Assembly: GCA_045047115.1 (NCBI GenBank)
Contig: JASFYR010000019.1
Span: 42,461 to 106,460 of the forward strand
Source: Sulfurospirillum sp.
GTDB lineage: Bacteria > Campylobacterota > Campylobacteria > Campylobacterales > Sulfurospirillaceae
Reading direction: 5' to 3'
DNA length: 64,000 bases
Within the stretch, counting starts at the first letter, position 1; each line of letters begins with the position of its first letter. A program made the translations under genes and the position numbers. A model generated the notes under the pieces. It saw only the letters and a list, made by a program, of their open reading frames with translations. It made no database searches and had not been told where the DNA came from. This document shows positions 10,270 to 21,148 of the stretch, one piece after another.

Positions 10270-10898
10270 ACACCTATATTTATGTAGCCATCTACTCCAG
10301 CGGCTCCTGTTAGCTTCATTTCGTAAATATCTACTACGAGTTTGCTCTCTTCAATGGTATTTATGAATTTCATAATATTTTTAAATCTACCATTGAATTC
10401 AACTTTAAGATTCAAAATTTGTTCAATCTTCTGTAGGCTTGGTTTGTTGATTCTGTTTTTTATAATTTTGATTTTTACATGATTTTTTGCAGCTATAATT
10501 GTAATGGAATTAAGGAATTTGGCCCAATTTTGATTGTTAAACAGAAGATATGATAAATCTTTCAGTTTGTTATCAACATATGTGTTGGTGTAAGTTGTCT
10601 TTTCTAACTGTATCTTTTCACCCTCAATTTCACTTTTGGCTTTTTTTATATAAAATCTCTCATCCCCGTTTCTTGTAACAGATCTAAGATAGCTCTTCTC
10701 GTTTTGAACTTTTTTGTTAATGGAGAGTAAATTTCTTTTTGTGATTTTTAATTTTTTTTCTGTTATTGGAAACAGATATGAATATACAATAAATCCAACA
10801 AAGACAAATATCATTAAAAAAATCAGAGCAAGTTCACTCTCTTTTTTTTCGGCTAAAGTTGCATCTATCTTTTCAAATATATTTTCTGAGCTACTCAT
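10251..10898 (-). CDS. PilO-like pilus assembly protein
   Basis: N-terminal TM, coiled coil, G.FKNIMKFIN.IE. Confidence 0.75.
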   Translation of the reverse strand: MSSSENIFEKIDATLAEKKESELALIFLMIFVFVGFIVYSYLFPITEKKLKITKRNLLSINKKVQNEKSYLRSVTRNGDERFYIKKAKSEIEGEKIQLEKTTYTNTYVDNKLKDLSYLLFNNQNWAKFLNSITIIAAKNHVKIKIIKNRINKPSLQKIEQILNLKVEFNGRFKNIMKFINTIEESKLVVDIYEMKLTGAAGVDGYINIGVWGMKY

Positions 10899-12414
10899 TG
10901 ATTAATCCTATAGTTACTTTTGATATATACTTTTGTTTTTTATCAACTTTTTCTATTTTGTCAGTATTTATGTTATATTTATTGAGTGCTGTTAGATTTT
11001 TTATGAATTCTGTAATTCTTTTATCGCTTCTATTTTGTATATCAAATATGAATTTGTTATTTTTAAACTCTATGTCGTCAATTTTTGAGTTGTATTTATT
11101 TGAAATTTTAAAAAATTCAGCCAAGATAAGGGCTTTCATCGGATAGGATATCTTTTTCTTGTAAATCTCTGTAAGTAATTTTTTTCTAAACTCAAATTTA
11201 TCACTCTCTTTTTTTAAAAGGCCATCAAGTCTGTTTTTCTCCTGCTTTAGAGTAGCAAGACTGTTTTTGATAGCGGATGTCTTTTTATTAAGTTTCACAA
11301 ATGTTTTTGTCTGTTTGTCGAGCTTTAGTTGTAAAAAATAATCATATCCTGTTTGGTATGCCGGATAAGCTAAGGATAAAATTATACTGGCTGCAACTAC
11401 CCCGAGAAGTTTCCCTGATGGTCTTTTTGAAAGTGGAGGAGGGCGCCTGAAAGGTGAAAAGTTTAGACTGTCATCTTTCTCTTCAAAATATGCCTGTGCA
11501 GCCAAAATCATAAGTATGTGAATCTGATCTATATACCACTCTTTTGAGTTGATAGCTATACTAAAATTAAAATCATGTGATTCCAGGCCAAGATAGCTTT
11601 GTGCATACTCTTCAATGCCAAGAAGTTCTCCAATTTCCGAACCGATATACAATTTATCAATTGACTCAAGAGAGTATGATCTTTTTGCATATATCAAAAC
11701 ATCGTTGATATATAAAAATATCTCTCCAAAAAGTTTCATAAGATGTTGCTGATAGTCCAGATTGGTGCCTTTTAATCCTTCTCTTGTAAGAAGACTATCA
11801 AAATCTTTATCTTCAATTCTTTCACCTATTAATTCACAAAATTTTTCATTAATTTGCGTTAGAGAATAGTGTAAGGACTTTGAATATATGTATTCCCCAT
11901 CTCTGTAAATCGCAAGAAAAGCATCTTTTTTTTGAAAATAGACAAAACAATCAATTCCATCTGGCTCGATAAAAGCTTTTTTGTAGAGAGATTGCATTAA
12001 AAACGGAGTACCGGTTGCATAGTCTATGTATTTTGTATGTTTTTTTATTGGAGTGAGTCGCTCATCTACAGATGCTGCGTCTATAACAAAGACATTGAAT
12101 GTTCTGTTTTTTGTATCATTTGTCTCAGTTTCAAGATATGTAATCGAATAATTTACAGCGGAGTCAAGTCCTAGCTCATCATATACTTTTATCTCTATAG
12201 CGTCTTTTAAATCGCTCTCAGGTATATTTCTGCTCATATCAATTGCGGCAGAGATGATATCTTTTGAAGGAATATAAGAGATGATAAAAGATTCTTTTTT
12301 GCTCTTTTCAAGTTTATTGACTTTGATTTCATTTTTGGAGTATTCGTAGGAATTAAGAGTTATGGGGTCAACGGAAATGATGCTTGAAAAGTTCTTATCT
12401 TTGTTTGTCGCCAT
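10891..12414 (-). CDS. PilM/PilN-like fused pilus assembly protein
   Basis: Large cytoplasmic domain, LNF.P motif, TM, then coiled coil; first gene of the cluster. Confidence 0.65.
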   Translation of the reverse strand: MATNKDKNFSSIISVDPITLNSYEYSKNEIKVNKLEKSKKESFIISYIPSKDIISAAIDMSRNIPESDLKDAIEIKVYDELGLDSAVNYSITYLETETNDTKNRTFNVFVIDAASVDERLTPIKKHTKYIDYATGTPFLMQSLYKKAFIEPDGIDCFVYFQKKDAFLAIYRDGEYIYSKSLHYSLTQINEKFCELIGERIEDKDFDSLLTREGLKGTNLDYQQHLMKLFGEIFLYINDVLIYAKRSYSLESIDKLYIGSEIGELLGIEEYAQSYLGLESHDFNFSIAINSKEWYIDQIHILMILAAQAYFEEKDDSLNFSPFRRPPPLSKRPSGKLLGVVAASIILSLAYPAYQTGYDYFLQLKLDKQTKTFVKLNKKTSAIKNSLATLKQEKNRLDGLLKKESDKFEFRKKLLTEIYKKKISYPMKALILAEFFKISNKYNSKIDDIEFKNNKFIFDIQNRSDKRITEFIKNLTALNKYNINTDKIEKVDKKQKYISKVTIGLINE

Positions 12415-12483
12415 AATTCACAACTCCTATTTTTAAATAAATAAAGTTAATCTACGATCAATTGTACCATAAAAAATTTATTT

Positions 12484-13377
12484 TTAATCTAAAACATACC
12501 CCATTTTCTTCAAAAGTTCCCTATTTTGGCTCCATCCAGGCTTAATAGTGACAAAAATTTTCAAAAATGCCTGCTTATCAATGATTTTTTCTATCTTCTG
12601 TCTAGCCCTTCTACCAATCCTTTTAAGCGTCTGTCCGTCTTTGCCTATAATGATGCCTTTTTGACTCTTTTTTTCGACTATTATATTGGCAAATATGCGT
12701 TCAATTTCTTCATCTTCTTCGACACTGTCAATAATTACATCGGCAAAATAGGGAATCTCTTCACTTGTATTTTCGAAAATCGACTCTCTTATATATTCTT
12801 TATATATGTCTCTCATTTTTTCGGTGGTTAAAATTTCAGGATCATACAGATATGGGTGTTTTGGTATATATTTTGAAATCTCCTCGAGTATATAGCTTTG
12901 CGTAACTCCTTTTTTTATAGAAATGGGGATTAGGGATAAAAATTTATCCTGGTATTTGCTAAATTCCATTATTTTTTTGAGAACTTTTTCATTCTTGACC
13001 TGATCTGTTTTTGTGAGTAGCACCATATGAGGTGTGTTTTTGCTGTTTTTTTTCAGAAAGTCAAGATAATAGTCGATTTTGTCTGTTATGGGTGATAAAA
13101 AGAGAATCAAGTCACAATCTCCCATAGCCTTGAGTGCCTCTTCGAGCATAAATTGGTTTAACAATCTCTCTTGTTCGTGAATTCCCGGGGTATCTATGAA
13201 GATAATTTGGGTGTTTTCATGAAGTGCTATTATTTTGGATCTTCTTCTCGTGGCATTTGCCTTATGGGAGACCATAGCTATCTTTTCTCCCACAAGCCAG
13301 TTTAAAAGGGAGCTTTTGCCTGCATTTGGTCTGCCGACTACTGCTACGAAGCCGGATTTTGTATTGATATCTTGCAT
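12484..13377 (-). CDS. era: GTPase Era
   Basis: GRPNAGKS, DTPG, EEIPY, KH domain IIIGKDG. Confidence 0.96.
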   Translation of the reverse strand: MQDINTKSGFVAVVGRPNAGKSSLLNWLVGEKIAMVSHKANATRRRSKIIALHENTQIIFIDTPGIHEQERLLNQFMLEEALKAMGDCDLILFLSPITDKIDYYLDFLKKNSKNTPHMVLLTKTDQVKNEKVLKKIMEFSKYQDKFLSLIPISIKKGVTQSYILEEISKYIPKHPYLYDPEILTTEKMRDIYKEYIRESIFENTSEEIPYFADVIIDSVEEDEEIERIFANIIVEKKSQKGIIIGKDGQTLKRIGRRARQKIEKIIDKQAFLKIFVTIKPGWSQNRELLKKMGYVLD

Positions 13378-14702
13378 TAGAGAATATACCTGCTACTGTC
13401 TTCGTCCTCTACTATGGAATCTAGTTTTTCATGTACTAACTCTTTTGTTATTTTTATATTTTCTCCTGCGCGTTCATCCGCGCTAAAGCTTATGTCCTCG
13501 AGTACTTTTTCTATGACTGTATGAAGTCGTCTTGCTCCAATATCTTCCGTCTTCTCATTTGTCAGATGAGAGATTTTAGCAATTGCTTTAACTGCATCGT
13601 CTTCAAAAACAAGATCTACATTTTCAGTTTTGAGAAGCTCTTTGTACTGTTTGAGAAGAGAATTTTTTGGCTGAGTCAAAATCTTATACAAAATTTCTTC
13701 ACTTAGAGAGTTGAGCTCTACTCTGAGAGGAAATCTTCCCTGAAGCTCAGGAATCAGATCGCTTGGTTTGCTAAGATGGAAAGCTCCCGCAGAGATAAAA
13801 AGGATATGGTCAGTTTTTATGACACCGTATTTTGTATTTACATCACTTCCTTCTACTATCGGAAGCAAGTCTCTTTGTACACCCTCTTTGCTGGGGTCAC
13901 TTCTGTTTCCGGCGTGAGAGCCAACGGCGACTTTATCTATCTCATCTATAAAGATTATGCCACCATTTTCAGCTCTGTCTTTTGCCTCTATTTTTATGGC
14001 TTCAAAATCAAGCAGTTTTTCACTTGCTTCATTTTTCAGTGCCTCTTTCGCCTCTTTTACTTTGAGTGTTTTTTTGATATTTTTTTGATTGGAGCCCAAT
14101 ATTTTTATAAAAGATTCTTGGACCTTTACGACTTCGGGAGGCAGCGATGAGTCAGAGAGATCACTACTGCTGTTTGAAACTTCTATCTCTATCTCTAAAT
14201 CATCCAGTTCTCCGTCACGAAATTTTTGTCTCATCTTTCCATAGCTTCTTTGGTAGTCGCTTTTTTTCTCCTCGCTTGCGCCTTTTGGCAGAAGAGGGAG
14301 GATTTTTTCTATGATTTGTTTCTCTACATGCAGAGCTATCTGATCAGCATTTTTTTCTTTATGTTGAGCCCTGATTAGATTAACTGAAGCCATCATTAAG
14401 TCTCTCACCATCGACTCTACATCTCTTCCGACAAATCCAACTTCAGTGTATTTGCTGGCTTCAACTTTTACAAAAGGCAATCCCATCATCTTTGCCATTC
14501 TTCTTGCTATTTCTGTTTTTCCTACACCGGTTGAGCCTATCATGAGGATGTTTTTCGGCATTATCTCCTCTTGCATCTCGGTAGATAACTGCATTCTTCT
14601 ATATCTGTTTCTTAGTGCAATTGCTATGGATTTTTTTGCTTCTAGTTGTCCTATTATGTATTCGTCTAAGTATTTAACTATCTCTTTTGGAGTTAAATTC
14701 AT
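13377..14702 (-). CDS. hslU: HslU ATPase
   Basis: PKNILMIGSTGVGKTE, GVQRDLLP, ELQGRFP, GARRLH. Confidence 0.97.
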   Translation of the reverse strand: MNLTPKEIVKYLDEYIIGQLEAKKSIAIALRNRYRRMQLSTEMQEEIMPKNILMIGSTGVGKTEIARRMAKMMGLPFVKVEASKYTEVGFVGRDVESMVRDLMMASVNLIRAQHKEKNADQIALHVEKQIIEKILPLLPKGASEEKKSDYQRSYGKMRQKFRDGELDDLEIEIEVSNSSSDLSDSSLPPEVVKVQESFIKILGSNQKNIKKTLKVKEAKEALKNEASEKLLDFEAIKIEAKDRAENGGIIFIDEIDKVAVGSHAGNRSDPSKEGVQRDLLPIVEGSDVNTKYGVIKTDHILFISAGAFHLSKPSDLIPELQGRFPLRVELNSLSEEILYKILTQPKNSLLKQYKELLKTENVDLVFEDDAVKAIAKISHLTNEKTEDIGARRLHTVIEKVLEDISFSADERAGENIKITKELVHEKLDSIVEDEDSSRYIL

Positions 14703-15245
14703 CTATTTTGTTTCCTCTAAAGTATAAATTTTTATATTGTCATTTGTGTATATACAAAGTTCGCTTGCTATTTTCAGACTCTCTTTGACTAAAGTCTCTT
14801 CATCTAGACTAGAGTGTCTTTGAAGTGCTCTTGCCGCTGAAATCGCAAAGTTTCCACCGCTTCCTATGGCTGCAATCTTTTCATCTTCAGGTTCTACCAC
14901 ATCACCGTTTCCACTCAATATGAAGATATGCTTTGTATTGAGTACAATCATCATAGCTTCAAGTCTGCGAAGCATCTTGTCTTTTCTCCACTCTTTTGAA
15001 AACTCTATGACAGATTTGTAGAGATCACCTTTTTTTTGACCTAAAATTCCCTCGAACATATCAAAAAGATTGAAAGCATCAGCAGTGCTTCCCGCAAAAC
15101 CTGCTAAAATTTTCCCATTATACAGGCGCCTTATCTTTGTAGCGTTACTTTTCAGTACGCTGTTGCCAAAAGTAACTTGACCATCCCCACCTATGACTGC
15201 CTTGTCTTTGCCTTTATAGGCAAGTATGGTTGTAGCTTCAAACAT
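14703..15245 (-). CDS. hslV: HslV protease subunit
   Basis: [30 protein letters not shown]. Confidence 0.97.
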   Translation of the reverse strand: MFEATTILAYKGKDKAVIGGDGQVTFGNSVLKSNATKIRRLYNGKILAGFAGSTADAFNLFDMFEGILGQKKGDLYKSVIEFSKEWRKDKMLRRLEAMMIVLNTKHIFILSGNGDVVEPEDEKIAAIGSGGNFAISAARALQRHSSLDEETLVKESLKIASELCIYTNDNIKIYTLEETK

Positions 15246-15247
15246 TC

Positions 15248-15694
15248 CTATTCTCCAACAATCTCGACAGTTAATTTAGCATGAATGCCATGTCCCAGCT
15301 TTGCAGATATATCAAATTCACCTGTCATCTTTATGGCTTTATCTATCTCTATACTCTTTTTGTCAATCTCTATATCATATTGGTTTTTCAGCTCATGTGC
15401 TATCTCATCTTTTGTTACAGCTCCAAAAAGACTGCCATTTGCACCAAGTTTTCTTTTGATTACGAGTCTAATGTCAGCCAATTTTTTTTCTATATCTTTA
15501 AGCCTTACTAATTCATCAGCTGTCTCTTTTGCTTTTCTTTTTTGTTCTGCTTCATATCTTTTTATGACATCATTTGTGGCATGTAGTGCAAAACCTTTTC
15601 CTATCAAAAAATTTCTTCCATAGCCATCTTTCACCTCTTTAATCTCACCTTTTTTGCCAAGTGATTTTACATCTTTAATCAATAAAACTTTCAT
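15248..15694 (-). CDS. rplI: 50S ribosomal protein L9
   Basis: [30 protein letters not shown]. Confidence 0.97.
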   Translation of the reverse strand: MKVLLIKDVKSLGKKGEIKEVKDGYGRNFLIGKGFALHATNDVIKRYEAEQKRKAKETADELVRLKDIEKKLADIRLVIKRKLGANGSLFGAVTKDEIAHELKNQYDIEIDKKSIEIDKAIKMTGEFDISAKLGHGIHAKLTVEIVGE

Positions 15695-16119
15695 CTTTTC
15701 TCCTCAATATTTTTTGGTAACTTTGTATTTTTTCCTGTTTTTCCGGAATATGCAATAATTCCTTCGCTTAAATGGGCTATTTTATCAAAACCCATTCTTT
15801 TTAGTATCATCAATACCTGTTCTGTCCTGTTTCCTGTCCGGCAGTAGAGTATAATATGCTCATCTTTTATCTTTTCAAGATCTTCTATATGTCTGTGCAA
15901 TAGCGTTGTCGGATAGAGCAAATCTGTTTTATCTATACTCCTGTCGCTATACTCATAAATTTCACGAATGTCTATCAATTTAAAATCAAACTTGCCTTCT
16001 TCTTTGTATCTAAGTAACTCCTGTAAATCTTCATCTTTCACTTGAGCGCTTGAAAATACTCTTTTTTTTATCTCTTCCAAGTCATGCATCGCCATAGAAT
16101 TTTTTGTTTTTTCCGCCAA
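15691..16119 (-). CDS. Rhodanese-like domain protein (start uncertain)
   Basis: LIDIRE..EY, YCRTGNR active-site loop, HLSEGI. Confidence 0.85.
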   Translation of the reverse strand: MAEKTKNSMAMHDLEEIKKRVFSSAQVKDEDLQELLRYKEEGKFDFKLIDIREIYEYSDRSIDKTDLLYPTTLLHRHIEDLEKIKDEHIILYCRTGNRTEQVLMILKRMGFDKIAHLSEGIIAYSGKTGKNTKLPKNIEEKR

Positions 16120-17311
16120 TTATGAATCTAAGAGCATTTAGTTTGATGAAACCTTCCGCATCTTTTTGGTTATAAACCTCATCCTCTTCAAATGTACAAA
16201 ACTCTGCATTGAAAAGATTATTTTTTGCAGAATCTCTTCCTACTACCATTACATTGCCTTTATATAACTCAAGTCTGACAGTGCCATTTACATTTTCCTG
16301 GGATTTGTCTATGGCGGCTTGCATCATTTCACGCTCGGGTGAAAACCAAAAGCCATTGTATATGGTTTTTGCATATCTTGGCATAAGCTCGTCTTTAAAA
16401 TGTGCAGCTTCTCTATCAAGCGATATGCTCTCTATAGCTCTGTGGGCCTTTAGCATTATGGTTCCGCCGGGAGTTTCATAGCAACCACGACTTTTCATAC
16501 CTACAAAACGATTTTCAACTATATCGATTCTTCCTATGCCGTTTCTGCCACCTATTTCATTTAGGGATTCCAGCATCTTGGCAGGGCTCAATCTTACACC
16601 ATTTAGTGCAACAGGATCACCTTTTTCATACTCTATCTCTATGGTTTCTGTGTAATCGGGTGCTTCTTGCGGGCTTTTTGTCCATCTCCACATATCTTCT
16701 TCAGGTTTTGCATTTGGATCTTCAAGCACCAAACCCTCATATGAGATATGAAGTAAATTTGCATCCATGGAGTATGGAGATTTATTTCCTTTTTTCTCTA
16801 TATTTATATTGTGTTTTTTTGCATACGCCAAAAGTTTTTCGCGAGAGTTCAAATCCCACTCTCGCCAAGGTGCTATGATAGTCAAGTTTGAGTTGATGCC
16901 AAGATATCCAAGTTCAAATCTAACTTGATCGTTTCCCTTGCCTGTAGCCCCATGACTTACAGAATCAGCTCCTGTGAGTGCTGCTATCTCTGCTTGCCTT
17001 TTGGCGATAAGTGGTCTTGCTATGGAAGTTCCAAGAAGATACTCTCCCTCATATATGGCATTTGCTCTAAACATAGGAAATACATAATCTCTAACAAATT
17101 CCTCTTTGAGGTCTTCTATGAAGATATTTTCAGGTTTTATACCCATCTCTATAGCTTTTTTGCGGGCAGGTTCCAGCTCTTCACCCTGTCCCACATCGGC
17201 AGTAAATGTCACTACTTCGCAGTTAAACTCATCTTGAAGCCACTTTAAAATTATACTCGTGTCTAGTCCACCAGAATATGCAAGGACTACTTTTTTAATA
17301 TTTCGTTTGAT
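16082..17311 (-). CDS. argG: Argininosuccinate synthase; apparent ATC start at 17311
   Basis: Frame continues upstream of the ORF-track start through [37 protein letters not shown]. Confidence 0.95.
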   Translation of the reverse strand: MKRNIKKVVLAYSGGLDTSIILKWLQDEFNCEVVTFTADVGQGEELEPARKKAIEMGIKPENIFIEDLKEEFVRDYVFPMFRANAIYEGEYLLGTSIARPLIAKRQAEIAALTGADSVSHGATGKGNDQVRFELGYLGINSNLTIIAPWREWDLNSREKLLAYAKKHNINIEKKGNKSPYSMDANLLHISYEGLVLEDPNAKPEEDMWRWTKSPQEAPDYTETIEIEYEKGDPVALNGVRLSPAKMLESLNEIGGRNGIGRIDIVENRFVGMKSRGCYETPGGTIMLKAHRAIESISLDREAAHFKDELMPRYAKTIYNGFWFSPEREMMQAAIDKSQENVNGTVRLELYKGNVMVVGRDSAKNNLFNAEFCTFEEDEVYNQKDAEGFIKLNALRFIIGGKNKKFYGDA

Positions 17312-17482
17312 GATGTATCCTTTTTAATATAAATTAAGAGGTATTTTATCAAAAAATAGTAAAAAAGTAGCTTATTTGTATAAATAACAGACCTAATAGA
17401 GTGCAAAAATCGTTCCATACAATTTGTATTTAAAAAATCTTTTGCTACAATTTTAAAAACTGATGAATATTGAGGAGTTGCT

Positions 17483-17728
17483 TTGAGGATAGATAAATTT
17501 TTAAATTGTGTGAATATAACCAAAAGAAGAGCCATTTCGGAAGATATGTGCAAAAGCGGTGTTGTGAGCATAAATGATGCCATAGTCAAACCTGCAAAAA
17601 CGGTAAAAATCGGTGATATTATCACAATAAAATATCTAAAGCATAACTCAAAATATGAAGTTTTGGAGATACCTGCTACAAAAACGATTCCAAAGACAAT
17701 GCAGTCAAAATATGTGAAGGAGCTATAA
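17483..17728 (+). CDS. S4-domain RNA-binding protein (HslR/YabO-like)
   Basis: MRIDKFL...KRR...KPAKTVKIGD; GAGG RBS before TTG. Confidence 0.88.
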   Translation: MRIDKFLNCVNITKRRAISEDMCKSGVVSINDAIVKPAKTVKIGDIITIKYLKHNSKYEVLEIPATKTIPKTMQSKYVKEL

Positions 17729-18708
17729 TGTTTGATATAGCAAAAGAGAAATTTCAAAAGATATTTGAAGACAAAATTTCAGCTGATGAGGCAAGAGAGT
17801 ATCTTGTTGAGTTGTACAACAGAGGCGAAAGTGCAGAAGAGATAGCAGCAGCCACAGAGGTGATGAGGGAACACAGCATCAAACTCATTATCCCCGGGGT
17901 TTTAAGAGAAAAACTTATAGATGTGGTAGGAACAGGCGGGGATAAAAGCAATAGTTTTAATATTTCAAGTACTGTCTCTTTGCTTCTTCCAAGCTTGGGT
18001 TGCTCTGTTGCAAAACACGGTAACAGGGCTATAACGAGCAATTCCGGTAGTGCAGATATGCTTGAAGCATTAGGTGTAAATCTAGCTCTTAAACCTGACC
18101 AGCAGTCAAAAATGTTACAAGAGTGTGGTTTTGCATTTTTATTTGCTATCAATCACCATCCTGCGATGAGATATATAATGCCAATCAGAAAGAGCTTAGC
18201 ACATCGTACCATCTTTAACATGCTGGGACCTCTTACAAATCCGGCTGGCGCCAAAAAATATCTTATAGGTGTATTTAGTGACAAATTTCTAAATAGAATC
18301 ATAGTAGGACTTAGTCTCTTAGATACCAAAAATGCGATAGCAGTGAGCAGTAGAGATGGTATGGATGAGATAAGTATATCTGATATAACCTATGCAACTA
18401 TGCTTAAAGACAACAGAACGACAGATTTTATAATTGACCCGCAAGAGTATGGTCTTAAATTATCGCCCAAAGAGGGAATTTTAGGCGGGGATGCGAAGCA
18501 AAATTCAAAGATAACATACTCAATTCTAAAAGGAGAAGAGGGTGGGGCTAGAAAAAATATAGTTCTTTTAAACGCAGCTACCGCACTTGTAGTGGATGAT
18601 AAAGCAAGAGATATAAAAGAGGGTATTGAGATGGCAAAAGAGGCGATTGATAGTGGAAAAGCTTTTGAGAAGTTGCAAGAGATTATAAAGGTTTCAAATT
18701 CACTATGA
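17728..18708 (+). CDS. trpD: Anthranilate phosphoribosyltransferase
   Basis: DVVGTGGD, NIS, KHGNR, GSADMLE, RTIFN.LGPL.NP. Confidence 0.95.
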   Translation: MFDIAKEKFQKIFEDKISADEAREYLVELYNRGESAEEIAAATEVMREHSIKLIIPGVLREKLIDVVGTGGDKSNSFNISSTVSLLLPSLGCSVAKHGNRAITSNSGSADMLEALGVNLALKPDQQSKMLQECGFAFLFAINHHPAMRYIMPIRKSLAHRTIFNMLGPLTNPAGAKKYLIGVFSDKFLNRIIVGLSLLDTKNAIAVSSRDGMDEISISDITYATMLKDNRTTDFIIDPQEYGLKLSPKEGILGGDAKQNSKITYSILKGEEGGARKNIVLLNAATALVVDDKARDIKEGIEMAKEAIDSGKAFEKLQEIIKVSNSL

Positions 18709-19127
18709 ATGAGAAAGTTTGTACCTTAGATGAGTTGGAGAGTTTTGCAAAAGAGATTGCAGAATTGGCAAAAGATTGCGGAGTTGTCTTGCTAAGAGGT
18801 GATTTGGCGAGTGGCAAGACAACATTTGTAAAAAAATTTTCAAGTGCTTTGGGACTTAGAGAAGATGTGGTATCCCCAACATTTTCGGTTCAAAACAGAT
18901 ATGGAGAAAGTCTGTATCATTACGATATTTACCAAAATGGCATAGGGGGTTTTCTCTCTTCGGGACTGCTTGAGGAATTGGATAAAGAGGGTTATCATCT
19001 GATAGAGTGGGGTGACGAAAAACTTGAAAGTGTTTTGAGAAAATATTTTATAGATTATATTGTTGTTGATATAGAAAAAAAGTCTGATGAGAGTAGAGTA
19101 TATAAGGTTAAAAAATGCATAAACTAA
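18705..19127 (+). CDS. tsaE: t6A biosynthesis ATPase TsaE
   Basis: [23 protein letters not shown]. Confidence 0.93.
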   Translation: MNEKVCTLDELESFAKEIAELAKDCGVVLLRGDLASGKTTFVKKFSSALGLREDVVSPTFSVQNRYGESLYHYDIYQNGIGGFLSSGLLEELDKEGYHLIEWGDEKLESVLRKYFIDYIVVDIEKKSDESRVYKVKKCIN

Positions 19128-19837
19128 AAGTTGATAACTTAATAAAAATAATCAAAAAGACAAATATAATAAACGGTGTTTCACTAGAGGTAAAGAGTGG
19201 AGAAATAGTGGGACTTCTTGGTCCAAATGGTGCGGGTAAAACCACAATGTTTTATATGATATGTGGAATCATTTCACCAAATAGCGGGGAGATATATCTT
19301 GATAATAAAAACATAACAAAAATGCCCCTGCATAAAAGAGCAAAAGAGGGGGTAGGGTACCTGCCTCAAGAATCAAGCATCTTTAAAGAGCTAAGTGTCG
19401 AAGAGAATCTTCTGTTGGCGGCAGAGATTGTCTATGATAATGAGGAGGAGGCACAGCACAGGGTGGAAAAACTACTTGAGCTCTTAAATATAGAGCCAAT
19501 CAGAAAAAGAAAAGGCATAAGCCTGAGTGGTGGAGAGAGAAGAAGATGCGAGATAGCCAGATCATTGGCGAATTTTCCAAAATTCTTACTTCTCGATGAA
19601 CCTTTTGCGGGAGTTGATCCAATAGCCGTAACTGACATACAGGCTATCGTCAGAGATCTTGCAAAGCTAAATATTGGTGTGCTTATTACTGACCATAATG
19701 TAAGAGAGACTCTAGGTATATGTGACAGGGCTTATGTTATGAAAGACGGGGCTTTGCTTGCAAGTGGAAATGCCGGGGATGTTGCAAACAATAAACTGGT
19801 GAAGACACATTATCTTGGGGTTGATTTTAAATTTTAA
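19115..19837 (+). CDS. lptB: LPS export ATP-binding protein LptB
   Basis: [42 protein letters not shown]. Confidence 0.95.
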   Translation: MHKLKVDNLIKIIKKTNIINGVSLEVKSGEIVGLLGPNGAGKTTMFYMICGIISPNSGEIYLDNKNITKMPLHKRAKEGVGYLPQESSIFKELSVEENLLLAAEIVYDNEEEAQHRVEKLLELLNIEPIRKRKGISLSGGERRRCEIARSLANFPKFLLLDEPFAGVDPIAVTDIQAIVRDLAKLNIGVLITDHNVRETLGICDRAYVMKDGALLASGNAGDVANNKLVKTHYLGVDFKF

Positions 19838-19852
19838 TAAGGAGAAAGATCT

Positions 19853-21133
19853 GTGAAATTAAGGACTAGAACAGAGCAAGCTACAAAGCAGAAGCTCTCT
19901 TCTACGCTTAGGAGTTGGCTGCCTATACTACAGTCCGATTTAGAGTCCTTACAAGAGGTACTAGAGCCTTTTGCCAAAGAAAATCCATTTATAGAGATAA
20001 AAGCTGGAAATGAAAAAGTAGAAAGGAGGTTTGAGAAAAAGAACTTTTTCCAGCAAATATCAAAAGATTCTGTTTCAGGTGTCATTGAGGCACTGACAAT
20101 AGATAAAAAATCCCTGTACGATGTACTTTATGAACAGATTAATTCTCCTCTTTTTCCTACTTCCAAATCACAAGAGATTGCTTATGAGATTATAGAAAAT
20201 TTAGATAGCGAGGGATATTTCTCCAAGGATGCTTTTGAGAAAATATCACAAAAATTTACCTGCAAATTTGAAGATGTTGACAAGATAAGAAAAAGGTTTT
20301 CAAATTTGATACCCAGCGGAGTCTGTGCTCTTGATTTTAAAGAGTCTTTTTTATTTCAATTGGATGATTTTGATTTGGATGATGAGTTGTATAGATTTAC
20401 AGTAGAGTTGATTGAAAATTTTGAATCTTTAGAATCTTATACTGCCGAGTCTTTGTTTGCAGATGCAATTAAAATTATCAAAAAATTTAAAAATCCTCCG
20501 GCTATCGAGTATTTTGAGGATAACAGACAAATTATACCTGATATTTTCATATTTAAAACAGGTGAAAATATAGAGGTGAAACTAAATGATGCGTATTATC
20601 CTGATATAGTTCTTGACACTGACGGATTGGATGATAAACACGAATTTGTATCGAGAAAAATTAAAGATGCAAAGGATCTGATTGATGCTCTCGAGATGAG
20701 AAAAGCAACACTGTATAAAATAGGGCTTTTGATAGTAGAGTATCAGTATGATTTTTTCTTTGGCAGAGCTATTGCTCCTATGAAACTCAAGGATTTGGCT
20801 ACAGAATTGAAACGAAATCCATCTACAATTTCTCGAGCAATTTCTGGTAAATATATATCTTGTAACAGGGGAGTGATTCCACTGAAGAGTTTTTTTGCAA
20901 CAGCTTTGGATATGGATGTTTCAAATAGTGCGATAAAAGAGTATATGTGCGAATTAGTAAAATACGAAGATAGAAAAAAGCCTCTTAGTGATGCTAAGAT
21001 ATTGAACTCTATCGAGAAAAAATTTGGCATAAAATTAGTTAGAAGAACTATAACAAAATACAGACAACAGTGCAATATAGCAGGTTCAAGTGAAAGAAAA
21101 AAACTATATATGCTTATTGCTTCACCTTATTAG
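19853..21133 (+). CDS. rpoN: RNA polymerase sigma-54
   Basis: ENPF, STISRA, PLSD, RpoN box VRRTITKYR. Confidence 0.95.
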   Translation: MKLRTRTEQATKQKLSSTLRSWLPILQSDLESLQEVLEPFAKENPFIEIKAGNEKVERRFEKKNFFQQISKDSVSGVIEALTIDKKSLYDVLYEQINSPLFPTSKSQEIAYEIIENLDSEGYFSKDAFEKISQKFTCKFEDVDKIRKRFSNLIPSGVCALDFKESFLFQLDDFDLDDELYRFTVELIENFESLESYTAESLFADAIKIIKKFKNPPAIEYFEDNRQIIPDIFIFKTGENIEVKLNDAYYPDIVLDTDGLDDKHEFVSRKIKDAKDLIDALEMRKATLYKIGLLIVEYQYDFFFGRAIAPMKLKDLATELKRNPSTISRAISGKYISCNRGVIPLKSFFATALDMDVSNSAIKEYMCELVKYEDRKKPLSDAKILNSIEKKFGIKLVRRTITKYRQQCNIAGSSERKKLYMLIASPY

Positions 21134-21148
21134 GCGGAGCAATAAAAA

